This document shows, in pieces, positions 8,350 to 18,135 of a DNA stretch of 55,314 nucleotides. The stretch lies in assembly GCA_017450905.1 (NCBI GenBank), contig JAFSST010000050.1, positions 1-55,314 on the forward strand. The letters are read 5' to 3'. The notes below the pieces were generated by a model. That model was not told the DNA's origin. It worked only from the letters and a program-made list of their open reading frames with translations, and searched no databases. Source of the stretch: Alphaproteobacteria bacterium. GTDB taxonomy: Bacteria > Pseudomonadota > Alphaproteobacteria > Rs-D84. How positions within the stretch are numbered: the first letter of the stretch is position 1; each line of letters begins with the position of its first letter. The translations under genes and the position numbers were made by a program.

Positions 8350-10590
8350 CTATTGTAAAATATGACGTTTACCGTTTGCATCAGGTTCGCTGACGATACC
8401 TTCTTGCTCCATACGTTCCATAAAACCGGCCGCCTTGTTATAACCAATACTTAATCTGCGTTGAATGTATGAAATAGTCGGTTTTTTATCACGCAAAACA
8501 TATTCCTTGGCCTGGGCATATAAATCACCACCCTCGCCGGCACCAGATGCACCGCCCGCCCCCCCGGCGGCAGATACATCGGTATCAGCCTCGACAACAC
8601 CATCGATATATTCTGGTTCGCCCTGGGCACGCAAAAAATCACCTATACGTTGCAATTCGTCATTGTCAATCAATGCGGCATGAATACGAACAGGCAAACG
8701 CCCTGCTTCGCTGAACAACATATCGCCCTTGTCTAACAGATTTTCCGCACCCTTTTCACCCAATGATGTCATTGAATCAACCATACTGCGTGCCTGGAAC
8801 GAGATACGGGTTGGGAAATTCGCCTTGATAACACCGGTAATAATTGTTGCATCCGGTCGCTGGGTTGCCATAACAAGATGTATTCCGGCCGCACGTGCTT
8901 TTTGCGCTATACGTTGCACACAGGCCTCGACCTCTTTACGTGCAACACCCATCAAGTCTGCAACCTCGTCAATAATAATGACTATGAACGGCATATCGGA
9001 CAAATCAACTTCCTGGGTTTCATATTCCAGTTCACCCGTCTCGGGATTTGTGCCAACCGCAACTTGTCGAGTTACAACCTCGCCTGCGGCACGCTTTGAC
9101 GCAACAGCATCATTATATTGTTCTATATTTTGGGCATTAAACACCTGTAAACGTTTATAACGGTCATCCATTTCACGAACCGCCCACTTTAACGCATTAA
9201 CCGCCGGCACCGGGTCCAGTTTAACAATTGGTGTAATCAGATGCGGAATATCATCCCAAAAACCAAAATCAACACCCTTGGGGTCAATAATCATCAATTT
9301 ACATTTGTCAGGTGTAAAGTGATAAACAATTGACGTAATAATAGATTGAACAAATACTGATTTTCCTGTTCCGGTACGTCCAGCAATCAACATATGTGGC
9401 ATTTTTGCTAAATCAAAATACATTGGTGCACCACCGATATTAACCCCCAACGCCAACGGTATTTTATATTTAGAATTTACAAACGCGTCATCTTCGACCA
9501 GTTCGCGGAAACGGACCTTTTGCCGCGAAAGATTGACCATTTCAACACCGACCAAATCTGTTCGTGGAATATGTGCAATACGTATACGCTCGGTCGCCAT
9601 CGCACGCGTCATATCGGTAACAGTTTTATTAACATCAACCATACGCGTTCCACTTTCAGGTTTAAATTCATACAGCGTAACTATTGGTCCGGGCCGGATG
9701 CCGGTAACCTGGCCATTTACGCCGTATTCAGCAAAATGCGTTTCCAACAACGCCGCCTGTTTTTTCAATTCAGGTGTAACAACATTTTTACCGAAATTAG
9801 AACTTTCTAAAAACTTTGGATCGGGCAATTCATATTCGTATTGCTCATCCCCAGAACGTTTAACAACCTTTTTCCTGGCCGCGGTTTTTCGTTTTGGTTT
9901 TGGTTGTTCATCCTCAACAGGTTCTTCTTCGACATCTTGTTCGGTTTCTTCTTCGGTATCATCTTCGACTTCTTGTTCTTCTTCAACAATCGGTTGAACC
10001 AGGTGAAACGCCGCCAGCACCCAACGAATCGCACGAACAACCGAACGAAAAACCGCGACCACATCGGTCAAACGCACATGTAACAAAATTCCCGCCAAAA
10101 TACAAAAACCAACCAGACACGCAATTCCAACCAGAATCGCAAAATTTCCAATCACAGACGTTAAATCAGATGCGACTATTGCCCCCAACAATCCACCATA
10201 CGTGGAACGCGGGACCAATAACCCAAACGCGGCCGACCCCAAACACAATGCCACAAAACCACGTAAAAAATTATACTCGACCGCATCATCCGAACGCCGT
10301 CCCAACATCAATTCAAACCCGAATCGTATCGCACACAAAAACAAAAACGCCCCCGGAATGAACCCAACCGAATATCTGACAAAACCAACAAAATTTCCGC
10401 CAATACCCTGGTTGCCAAAATTACTTGCCGCGGCAAAACCATCCAAATAAGGGTTATGAAAAACCAATGCGACAATCGCCCAAACACCAAAAACAAACAC
10501 AAAAAAACCACACACCCTGACCCACAGGCTTTTCAGGGCACCGGATACACTGTCTGGTAAAAACTTTGATTGCTTACTCACGTTGTGCAT
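8350..10590 (-). CDS. ftsK: DNA translocase FtsK
   Basis: N-terminal TM helices and an acidic/proline linker (EEEQEVEDDTEEETEQ...). Motor domain with Walker A GRTGTGKS and Walker B IVIIIDEVADLM. C-terminal gamma winged helix ISYIQRRLSIGYNKAAGFMERME. The ATG sits inside the TATAATG of the 15-mer, and a GTG lies at 10581. Confidence 0.9.
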   Translation of the reverse strand: MHNVSKQSKFLPDSVSGALKSLWVRVCGFFVFVFGVWAIVALVFHNPYLDGFAAASNFGNQGIGGNFVGFVRYSVGFIPGAFLFLCAIRFGFELMLGRRSDDAVEYNFLRGFVALCLGSAAFGLLVPRSTYGGLLGAIVASDLTSVIGNFAILVGIACLVGFCILAGILLHVRLTDVVAVFRSVVRAIRWVLAAFHLVQPIVEEEQEVEDDTEEETEQDVEEEPVEDEQPKPKRKTAARKKVVKRSGDEQYEYELPDPKFLESSNFGKNVVTPELKKQAALLETHFAEYGVNGQVTGIRPGPIVTLYEFKPESGTRMVDVNKTVTDMTRAMATERIRIAHIPRTDLVGVEMVNLSRQKVRFRELVEDDAFVNSKYKIPLALGVNIGGAPMYFDLAKMPHMLIAGRTGTGKSVFVQSIITSIVYHFTPDKCKLMIIDPKGVDFGFWDDIPHLITPIVKLDPVPAVNALKWAVREMDDRYKRLQVFNAQNIEQYNDAVASKRAAGEVVTRQVAVGTNPETGELEYETQEVDLSDMPFIVIIIDEVADLMGVARKEVEACVQRIAQKARAAGIHLVMATQRPDATIITGVIKANFPTRISFQARSMVDSMTSLGEKGAENLLDKGDMLFSEAGRLPVRIHAALIDNDELQRIGDFLRAQGEPEYIDGVVEADTDVSAAGGAGGASGAGEGGDLYAQAKEYVLRDKKPTISYIQRRLSIGYNKAAGFMERMEQEGIVSEPDANGKRHILQ

Positions 10591-10603
10591 TATATCACAA
10601 AAA
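10589..10603 (-). promoter_or_regulatory. conserved 15-mer TTTTTGTGATATAAT overlapping the ftsK start codon
   Basis: The plus strand reads ATTATATCACAAAAA. The final T of TATAAT is the T of the annotated ATG. Its role here (promoter, leaderless start or other site) is unresolved. Confidence 0.35.
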
Positions 10604-10633
10604 AAACAAAAATAACAGATGCAAACACAGATT

Positions 10634-11287
10634 TTATTTTATATGCCGTGCAAGCACTGATTTTACAACATCTGCGGCGACCATACCAATAAACGCCCCC
10701 AAAATAACATCAGATGGCCAATGGGCACCAACACAAACCCGTGAAATTCCGATAACAGTTGCCAAGCCCCATGTAAACCAACGAACACGCGGTGCCAATA
10801 AACCAATCACAACCAATCCGGCAAAAGACGCAAACGTATGACCAGATGGCATGGAATTAAATGCCCATTCGGTCGAAAAATGAACAAACCCCGTCATATT
10901 CAAAGCCTCATAGAAAATCGGGCGACCGCGTCCTATGATTAATTTCAACACGCCACCAACAATTCCGGCACACAATACAGAACAAAACACATAAAAAGCA
11001 TAACTGTTTTTCACCTTGTCCAGAAAATCTGTTATACCTATCCTTGGTCGTATGTCCAATGATTTTTTAACATAAAACACCAACATCACTAAAAACGACA
11101 AAATCAACCAATTTTTTACGGTAAATACATCGCCTAACACATCAAAAAAACCACAATTAAACCTGCGTAAAAAATTGAACACCGGTATATCAAACCACAA
11201 CATTCCGCATACAACCAATGCGAACGTAACCAACGTTCCGATTGCCAAACTCCACCATTTTATTCTGTTATCTTTCGTTAAAAACAT
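10634..11287 (-). CDS. PAP2 superfamily membrane phosphatase
   Basis: Several TM helices. Motif KLIIGRGRP...PSGHT...SRVCVGAHWPSD. Confidence 0.8.
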   Translation of the reverse strand: MFLTKDNRIKWWSLAIGTLVTFALVVCGMLWFDIPVFNFLRRFNCGFFDVLGDVFTVKNWLILSFLVMLVFYVKKSLDIRPRIGITDFLDKVKNSYAFYVFCSVLCAGIVGGVLKLIIGRGRPIFYEALNMTGFVHFSTEWAFNSMPSGHTFASFAGLVVIGLLAPRVRWFTWGLATVIGISRVCVGAHWPSDVILGAFIGMVAADVVKSVLARHIK

Positions 11288-11299
11288 ATAAAAATCCTT

Positions 11300-12811
11300 T
11301 TATTCTATGTCCAACAGATTGTTGTAAACCTTCTTATCAGTTAATATCTTGGACGCAACCGATAAAGCCAACAAATCTTCATCAGCACCACTGGTTATAA
11401 CCGGACACCCCGCACGAACAGATTCCGGATTTATATCCGGTTCACGATTAAAATCACGTGCGTTAAAATCATTATTTGTAACATTTAAAAAGAATACGTT
11501 TTGTTGTGATGAACTTCTGATATTAGACAAACAAACCAATGGAAATACACCACGGCCATCAATATCAAAACCTTCACCTGTTTTAATAGATTTATTCATC
11601 AATTCCAATGTTCCACCATTTTCCAGTTGGATTTTTGATGCAATTCGTGCCGAACCAGCCGTTGGTGTTCCAATTAAAACACCACGTTTATTTTCATAAA
11701 ACGCTGATGCGATTGCCTCGGCGGTGCCACGTGTCATATTTGAAACCACAACCACCACCGGAACATCGGTCACGGACGCATCTGCGGGAACAACCTCCAT
11801 CTCGTCACGTGAAGTCTCGACAATACGCATAACCGGCTTGTTTCCGATAAACAGCCCCGCCATTTTTGCCGCCGCACGTTCATCATCACCAATTGCCGAA
11901 CGCAAATCCAATATGACACCGGTCAAATCCCGATGCTTTGATAAAGCCTCGGTTATAATCGCCACAGAATTATCAGAAATCTTGTTCACAATAATTTGTA
12001 AAACACCACCGTTTTTATCGTCCAAAAACACAACATCACTGTCCGCCAAAACAACCGTTGCACGCCGCACAACAACATGACGTTGCCCGCCCGGCGTTAA
12101 CAAAGTCATCTTTAACGTTCCAGAATTCATCCCCGACATCATTGTTGCCAACGCAGAATCTGCAATATCAGAAACCAATGTGCCGTTAACCTCGGCAATC
12201 AAATCACCAACCGCAACACCCGCAGTATCCGCCGAAGACCCCCTGTATACACCGGTAACACGGAAATTTCCACGTTCGTCACGAAAACCTTCGATTCCAA
12301 CACTGGTCAAAATCCGGTTATCATTTGAAAAACCAACTTTTTTGGGTGCGATATATTTTCCGTTTTCATCTATTCCACGCATAATACTGTCCACGACAGC
12401 AGTATAAATTTCCGCATCGTTCGCATTACGTAAATCTTCATCAACACCACGTAACTTTAAAATCAATGCTGTCGTTATTTCACCGAACGCATCCCAATCA
12501 CGTTCGTTCGGTTTTGGATAGTTCGCTATAATTGAATCACGCCAAACCATAACAACCCGTTCATCGGTCGAAGCAATATGGATATTTTGGTTTAAGTTTT
12601 CCAAGTTTTCTATTGCAACGTCTATGTTTTTTCCACTCCAACTGACCCCATCCAACTTGCGATATATATCCGAAAAACCGTTGGACATATCAACAACATT
12701 TATGCCGTCCTGTATTGGTTCGTCCGCCGTAAAAATCTTCATCTCAGATGCACGGGCCTGGGCCATAAAAAACACAAACAGCATCGATAAAAATAATTTC
12801 AGTGTTCTCAT
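11300..12811 (-). CDS. S41 family (CtpA/Prc-like) peptidase homologue with PDZ domain, probably catalytically inactive
   Basis: Signal peptide MRTLKLFLSMLFVFFMAQARA and a PDZ-like GVAVGDLIAEVNG. The S41 core ILDLRS..G...VVVVVSNMTRGTAEAIASAF...LIGTPTAGSA aligns to the canonical GSASASE/TFGKG motifs, but without the Ser or the Lys. Confidence 0.7.
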   Translation of the reverse strand: MRTLKLFLSMLFVFFMAQARASEMKIFTADEPIQDGINVVDMSNGFSDIYRKLDGVSWSGKNIDVAIENLENLNQNIHIASTDERVVMVWRDSIIANYPKPNERDWDAFGEITTALILKLRGVDEDLRNANDAEIYTAVVDSIMRGIDENGKYIAPKKVGFSNDNRILTSVGIEGFRDERGNFRVTGVYRGSSADTAGVAVGDLIAEVNGTLVSDIADSALATMMSGMNSGTLKMTLLTPGGQRHVVVRRATVVLADSDVVFLDDKNGGVLQIIVNKISDNSVAIITEALSKHRDLTGVILDLRSAIGDDERAAAKMAGLFIGNKPVMRIVETSRDEMEVVPADASVTDVPVVVVVSNMTRGTAEAIASAFYENKRGVLIGTPTAGSARIASKIQLENGGTLELMNKSIKTGEGFDIDGRGVFPLVCLSNIRSSSQQNVFFLNVTNNDFNARDFNREPDINPESVRAGCPVITSGADEDLLALSVASKILTDKKVYNNLLDIE

Positions 12812-12860
12812 TTTTTTGGCCCTCCCCCTGTTTTAAAATCCTTTTGTGCATCCAAAAATT

Positions 12861-13724
12861 TTAATACTTGGTTTCACGTAAATTAAAGTGATACAAAATC
12901 ACATTAGATATATAAATACTGGTCAACGTTCCCATAACGACCGAGAATGTCATCGCAATTGCAAAATCACGCAACGCAATACCGCCAAACACGAATAACC
13001 CCAACAGTGCCAAAATTGTTGAAATACTGGTCATCAATGTTCGCGACAGCATTTCATTAACGGATAAATCAATTAAATCATCCATTGGCATTTTGTGATA
13101 CTTCTTTATATTTTCATCAATTCGATCATAATTCACAACCTTGTCATTGACGGAATACCCGATACCCATCAATATGACCGCAATAGCCGTTTGGTTAAAT
13201 TCCAACCCAACAGCCGAAAAGAATCCAAACATCAAAACAAAGTCTAAAATCAATGACACGAACGAACCAACGGCGTATCCACCACGATAACGAACCCAAA
13301 TATAAACCGCCATCAAGACAAATGATACCAATATGGCCAGAATACCCCCACGAACCAATTCACCACCGATTTTCGGTCCAACGATTTGAACCTGGGAATA
13401 CTGAACACGGTCGCCAAATATATCCTTTATCTGACGGACACGTTCATTTTGTTGTGCATCGGTTGCACCCTTTGGCAAACCAACGCGTACCAATATAGAA
13501 TCACCATCCACAGACTGCAATTCCGGTTTAAATTCCGCCAAATCATGACGCATTTTATCAACGGTATAATCCGCCACGGTTGGTGTAACCTCCATCGATA
13601 TACCACCCGCAAAATCAATACCATAGTTTAATCCACGCACCGCCAACGACAAAATCGACAGCACAACCAATATACCGGAAATCCAATAGGATAATTTACG
13701 ATATTTCATAAAATGTAATTGCAT
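12861..13724 (-). CDS. secF: protein translocase subunit SecF
   Basis: GIDFAGG motif and six TM helices, located immediately after secD. The AAGGGG Shine-Dalgarno lies 8 nt before the ATG at 13724. Confidence 0.9.
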   Translation of the reverse strand: MQLHFMKYRKLSYWISGILVVLSILSLAVRGLNYGIDFAGGISMEVTPTVADYTVDKMRHDLAEFKPELQSVDGDSILVRVGLPKGATDAQQNERVRQIKDIFGDRVQYSQVQIVGPKIGGELVRGGILAILVSFVLMAVYIWVRYRGGYAVGSFVSLILDFVLMFGFFSAVGLEFNQTAIAVILMGIGYSVNDKVVNYDRIDENIKKYHKMPMDDLIDLSVNEMLSRTLMTSISTILALLGLFVFGGIALRDFAIAMTFSVVMGTLTSIYISNVILYHFNLRETKY

Positions 13725-13728
13725 CGTA

Positions 13729-15294
13729 TTAACCCCTTACCTTTCTAACATAACCAATTTTCTTGTTTTTGCCGCCCATATAGAAATCAATCAATACCTT
13801 GGACAACATCAAACAAGTAAACAATGTCGTGATAATACCAATTGACAGTGTTACCGCAAACCCACGGATTGGGCCACCACCAAACTGGAACAAAATCAGC
13901 GAACAAATCAATGTGGTTAAATTACCGTCCATAACTGTTTTTATCGAACGATTAAATCCCATATCAACCGCACGCAACGGCGTTGTCCCAGAGCGAATTT
14001 CATCACGTATACGTTCAAACGGCAATATGTTCGCATCAACCGCCATACCCAATGTCAAAACGATACCCGCGATACCCGGCAACGTCAGCGTTGCCCCCAT
14101 CAAGGCAGACAAACCGATAATCATCGCCAAATTAACAATCAATACGATATCGGCAATAACCCCGAACATATGATAAACAATTATCATAAACAGAATTACA
14201 AACACCAATCCGATAACACAACCGATTTTACCCTGGGCAATTGTATCAGCCCCCAGCCCCGCACCAACGGTTCTTTCTTCGATAACCTGTAACGGTGCCG
14301 GCAACGCCCCACTACGCAACAGAACGGCCAAATCTTTGGCACCCTGTAATGTAAAGCCACCGGAAATCTGACCACGACCACCCGGTATTGGTTCACGAAT
14401 AGTTGGTGCCGACAAAACCCGACCATCCAAAACAATTGCAAAACGTTCACCAACATGTTCCGTGGTTAATTTCGCAAATCTGCGCGCCCCAGTTGCATCA
14501 AATACAGTCGTAACAACCGGCATATTATTTTGGTCAAAATCAGCCTGGGAATCTTTTAAACTTTCACCCGAAACCTCGACACGCGAATATACAGGAACCA
14601 GGTTTTCCGGTGAATCCATCAACGGCATAAATTCTGTGCCGGCCGGTGCCAACCCAGATGCAATTTGTTCGCCGGTAACATTTTCATTAACCAAATGAAA
14701 CGTCATTTTGGCCGTTTGACCAATTAAATCCTTGATACGTTCCGGATTATCCACGCCCGGCAATTGAACCAAGATATATTTTCCGCCCTGGCTTTGAATT
14801 GATGGTTCCTTGGTCCCCAATGCATCAATACGGCGGCGAACGATTTCAACACTCCGCATCAACGCATCATCTGATAATTCCTGTTTTTGCTTATCAGAAT
14901 ATGCCAACGTCAATGTTTTGCCAGATGACGAGATGTCAACCGTGTTGCCCAGAACACTTTTTAAACGCCCCTTGGCCTTGGACACATCAGATTCATTACG
15001 AACAATCAACGACACGACACCATCGTTGTTACGCAGATTAGAAAAGTTTATAACACCCTTGCTGCGGTCAATCATGGCACTGCGAACCTCGTCATACAGT
15101 TGCGTAGTTTTTTCCGCCAACATTGTTTTGGGGTCAACCTCTAATAATAATTGTGCACCACCCTTTAAATCCAACCCTAATGAAATAGGATGCATCCACG
15201 ATGGGAAATACTTTGCCCCACCAGGCCACATTGTTGGCACTGCCAACAAAACCCCAAACAACGCGGCAAACACAATCGCCAGTTTTTTAAACAT
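13729..15294 (-). CDS. secD: protein translocase subunit SecD
   Basis: LGLDLKGG motif, a large periplasmic domain and a C-terminal 6-TM bundle. The track start at 15300 is a GTG inside the Shine-Dalgarno, so the ATG at 15294 (MFKKLAIV...) is preferred. Confidence 0.9.
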   Translation of the reverse strand: MFKKLAIVFAALFGVLLAVPTMWPGGAKYFPSWMHPISLGLDLKGGAQLLLEVDPKTMLAEKTTQLYDEVRSAMIDRSKGVINFSNLRNNDGVVSLIVRNESDVSKAKGRLKSVLGNTVDISSSGKTLTLAYSDKQKQELSDDALMRSVEIVRRRIDALGTKEPSIQSQGGKYILVQLPGVDNPERIKDLIGQTAKMTFHLVNENVTGEQIASGLAPAGTEFMPLMDSPENLVPVYSRVEVSGESLKDSQADFDQNNMPVVTTVFDATGARRFAKLTTEHVGERFAIVLDGRVLSAPTIREPIPGGRGQISGGFTLQGAKDLAVLLRSGALPAPLQVIEERTVGAGLGADTIAQGKIGCVIGLVFVILFMIIVYHMFGVIADIVLIVNLAMIIGLSALMGATLTLPGIAGIVLTLGMAVDANILPFERIRDEIRSGTTPLRAVDMGFNRSIKTVMDGNLTTLICSLILFQFGGGPIRGFAVTLSIGIITTLFTCLMLSKVLIDFYMGGKNKKIGYVRKVRG

Positions 15295-15305
15295 ACACAC
15301 ACCTT

Positions 15306-15608
15306 TTATTTTTCAACATTCACAATGGCGTTTTTGCTAACCTCGATAACAACGCCCTTGGCGATTTCCAAATCTAATGTTTTTTCGCCAATTTTTTTAA
15401 CCTTGCCATAAATGCCAGCGGCCAAAACGCGGTCACCAACCTTTACCGAATCCAACATTTTTTGATATTCCGCCATACGTTTTTTATTTGGACGTATCAT
15501 AAAAAAGTAAATTATCGCAAACGCCAACAAACAGTAAATAAATAAACCGGTCCAACTGCCCTGAGGGGCTGCCTGGGTTGCTGTATCAATCACTTCAACT
15601 TGTTCCAT
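15306..15608 (-). CDS. yajC: preprotein translocase subunit YajC
   Basis: 100 aa with a single TM helix, then RPNKKRMAEYQKMLDSVKVGDRV..GIYGKV. Located upstream of secDF. Confidence 0.85.
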   Translation of the reverse strand: MEQVEVIDTATQAAPQGSWTGLFIYCLLAFAIIYFFMIRPNKKRMAEYQKMLDSVKVGDRVLAAGIYGKVKKIGEKTLDLEIAKGVVIEVSKNAIVNVEK

Positions 15609-15670
15609 ATTTTTCTCCTTTTATTGTTTATGACCCCAGAATAGAAAAAAAAGCAGAAAAAGTAAAGGGG

Positions 15671-15786
15671 AAAAACTGGTGGTGAGTGTGTGTGGTGAGT
15701 GGGTAGTAGATTCTGGAATAATTTTGTAAATACGAACAAATTCCAGATACTACTAACCACAAACCACTAACACTAGCCACTTACCA
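15671..15786 (-). terminator. long imperfect hairpin (about 45 bp per arm) made of GTGGTNN heptads, followed by a U-run; probable mutL terminator
   Basis: The left arm (15676-15719) and right arm (15740-15786) are inverted copies. The inner stem TCTGGAAT/ATTCCAGA is a perfect 8-bp match. In minus sense the structure is followed by TTTTT (15671-15675). It starts directly after the mutL TAG stop. Confidence 0.55.
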
Positions 15787-17541
15787 CTATCTCTCAAACC
15801 AACCGTCAATTTGGGTTATTGGGATAAATTTATATACTGGACGACCGTGATTACACTGGCCCCCACGTTCAGTTCGTTCAATATCACGCAACAACGCATC
15901 CATTTGTTCAAAATTCAGTTTCTGGCCCGCACGAACAGAATGATGACATGCATAATTCGCCAGTTTTAAATGCAATCTTTCGTTTAACTGGGATGAATGG
16001 CCGTATGCCCGAACTTCGTCCGCAATATCGTGCAAAACCGCTGCCCAATCCATATCCCAATCAGCAGGCTTTTCAAAAATCGCAATTGCATCATCACCAA
16101 ACGAATCTAAAACCAGACCACTGTCGCGTAAATCTTTTGTTATGGTTAAAATGGCATTTACATCCTCGATACGCAGCCGCACGATTATTGGGGTTAATAA
16201 TGGTTGGACCTTGATTGTATGATTGCGTAAATTTTCATACGTTATACGTTCATGGGCGGCGTGTTGGTCAATAACAACCAAATTATCACCGGTTGTTGCC
16301 AAGATATATTTATTTGCAATCTGTCCAATAACACGCCCCAATGGTTGCAATTGAAAAACATCCGCATCATCTGACTTTTCAACAGCCCCACAATCAGATG
16401 TTTTTGTATCGGTGCCATGCAAATTACCGAACATACCAAAATTCGAATTATCATTTGGCTGATGAACGCCGGATTCAAAATGATTTTTTGGTGAAAAATC
16501 TGTTGGTGCAAACGCCCCGGTTGAACGATGTTCAGACCAAGATATTGTAACATTTGCCGGCGAATGCAACATTGTTTGTCCCAAAACATCACGTAATGAT
16601 TTAATAATAAACGCCCGAACGTGTCCAGGTTCTAAAAAATGAACATCGTTTTTCGTTGGCGAAACATTTACATCAACATTTTCAGGTGGCAACGTCAAAT
16701 ATAACGCACACAGCGGAAATTCACGTGCATGCATAACATCCATATACGCCGCACGTAATGCACCAACCAAAACCTTGTCCTTGACCGGGCGGCCGTTTAC
16801 AAACAAAAATTGGTCCACCGATGAGGCACGCCGTAACGTTGGTTCCGAAATATACCCCGTCAGTTTCATACCCGTCAAAGAGCCTGATTCCACATCAACG
16901 GGACGCATACGACCACGGACATCTTCGCCCATAACCGCAACAATTCGTTCCATCAGTGGTTGATTTTTTGGAAAACGCCATTTGTTATTCAACACAAAAC
17001 CAACATCTGTTCGCGACATCGCCAAACGCTTTACAACGTCCAGCACCGCCATTGTTTCCGCCCGGTCTGAACGCAAAAACTTTAATCGTGCCGGCGTTTT
17101 TGAAAACAGATTTTCAACACGAATGCGTGTCCCTGACTGCCAATCAGACGGCCGAACATCCAACGTATTACAATTCAAATGCCACCCGTTTTTATCCGTC
17201 CCATTACACGTATCAATCGTCATATCAGACACAGATGCAATTGATGGCAACGCTTCGCCCCTAAATCCCATAAAATTGATATTCATTAAATTATCATCGG
17301 GCAGTTTAGATGTCGCATGCCGTTGAATAGCCGTCAATAAATCCTGTTTTGACATACCAGAACCATTATCAACAACATTTATCAACGTTCGACCGCCATC
17401 AACAACATCGATAATTATCTGGTCTGCACCGGCATCCAATGCGTTTTCGACCACTTCTTTGACCACACTGGCACCACATTCAACAACCTCGCCTGCGGCG
17501 ATTTGATTTATTAAATAATCAGGCAACAAACGAACAGACAC
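15787..17541 (-). CDS. mutL: DNA mismatch repair protein MutL (endonuclease-type)
   Basis: GHKL ATPase motifs IAAGEVVECGASVVKEVVENALDAGA and DNGSGM. The C-terminal domain has the DQHAAHERITYE endonuclease motif and ACHHSVRAG. Confidence 0.9.
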   Translation of the reverse strand: MSVRLLPDYLINQIAAGEVVECGASVVKEVVENALDAGADQIIIDVVDGGRTLINVVDNGSGMSKQDLLTAIQRHATSKLPDDNLMNINFMGFRGEALPSIASVSDMTIDTCNGTDKNGWHLNCNTLDVRPSDWQSGTRIRVENLFSKTPARLKFLRSDRAETMAVLDVVKRLAMSRTDVGFVLNNKWRFPKNQPLMERIVAVMGEDVRGRMRPVDVESGSLTGMKLTGYISEPTLRRASSVDQFLFVNGRPVKDKVLVGALRAAYMDVMHAREFPLCALYLTLPPENVDVNVSPTKNDVHFLEPGHVRAFIIKSLRDVLGQTMLHSPANVTISWSEHRSTGAFAPTDFSPKNHFESGVHQPNDNSNFGMFGNLHGTDTKTSDCGAVEKSDDADVFQLQPLGRVIGQIANKYILATTGDNLVVIDQHAAHERITYENLRNHTIKVQPLLTPIIVRLRIEDVNAILTITKDLRDSGLVLDSFGDDAIAIFEKPADWDMDWAAVLHDIADEVRAYGHSSQLNERLHLKLANYACHHSVRAGQKLNFEQMDALLRDIERTERGGQCNHGRPVYKFIPITQIDGWFER

Positions 17542-17548
17542 ATTTTTC

Positions 17549-18019
17549 CTATTCTTTGAATTTGACTTCTAATATCTCGTATTCTTTTTCGCCACTGGGC
17601 AATCTGACGATACACGTATCACCAACACAACGCCCAATTAACGCACGCCCAACCGGTGAAGTACACGATATTACATGTTTCCCATCAGATTCCACATCAG
17701 ACAAAATTCGACATTGCATACGATTGCCATCTTCGTCTTCACATACAACACGTGCCCCAAACAAAACACGATCACCAGACAAATTATCCACATCTATGAC
17801 TGCGGCATTGTTTATAAAATCTTCCAGATATTGAATACGTTTGTCTATCTGTCTTTGTTTTTCGCGTGATGCACTGTAATCAGCGTTTTCAGACAAATCG
17901 CCCAACGAACGTGCCCATTGAACAACCTTTAAAATTTCGGGTCTTTGAACTTCCTTTAAATCTTTTAATTCTTTTAACAGCGATTCAAATCCCTGTTTTG
18001 AAATTGGTTTCTTTTCCAT
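17549..18019 (-). CDS. greA: transcription elongation factor GreA
   Basis: 156 aa. Coiled-coil N-terminus with GDLSENADYSASREKQ and a Gre C-terminal domain. Confidence 0.9.
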   Translation of the reverse strand: MEKKPISKQGFESLLKELKDLKEVQRPEILKVVQWARSLGDLSENADYSASREKQRQIDKRIQYLEDFINNAAVIDVDNLSGDRVLFGARVVCEDEDGNRMQCRILSDVESDGKHVISCTSPVGRALIGRCVGDTCIVRLPSGEKEYEILEVKFKE

Positions 18020-18073
18020 TTTACTGCTTTCCTTGTTTTTATTACCCCCATATTATAAGTATTCATTTTAATT

Positions 18074-18102
18074 TTGCAATTATCATTTAAACAAGTTATA
18101 AT
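18074..18102 (+). promoter_or_regulatory. sigma70-like promoter TTGCAA-17 nt-TATAAT upstream of the LptF/G-family gene
   Basis: -35 at 18074-18079 and -10 at 18097-18102. The predicted transcription start falls after the ATG at 18106, which argues for the ATG at 18136 as the real start. Confidence 0.5.
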
Positions 18103-18135
18103 TTTATGAATTGTGTCAAACTGTTACATAAACAA

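Noticed and set aside
9840-10000. Repetitive GAA/GAT-rich DNA in ftsK
   Set aside because: It encodes the acidic, proline-rich flexible linker (EEEQEVEDDTEEETEQDVEEEPVEDEQ) that is normal between the FtsK membrane and motor domains. It is not an independent repeat element.
5708-11287. Two PAP2 phosphatases plus two OMPs as a dedicated lipid A-remodelling island
   Set aside because: The genes are interrupted by ftsK and lie on different strands and in different operons. The composition looks native, and nothing beyond generic envelope function can be supported from sequence alone.
15609-15786. Possible CRISPR array, tRNA or small RNA in the 178-nt yajC-mutL spacer
   Set aside because: The repeats are 7-nt units arranged as one inverted pair, not spaced direct repeats of 24-40 nt. 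There is no cloverleaf or T-loop (GTTCGA-type) sequence. It is best explained as a terminator-forming repeat, as reported in the findings.
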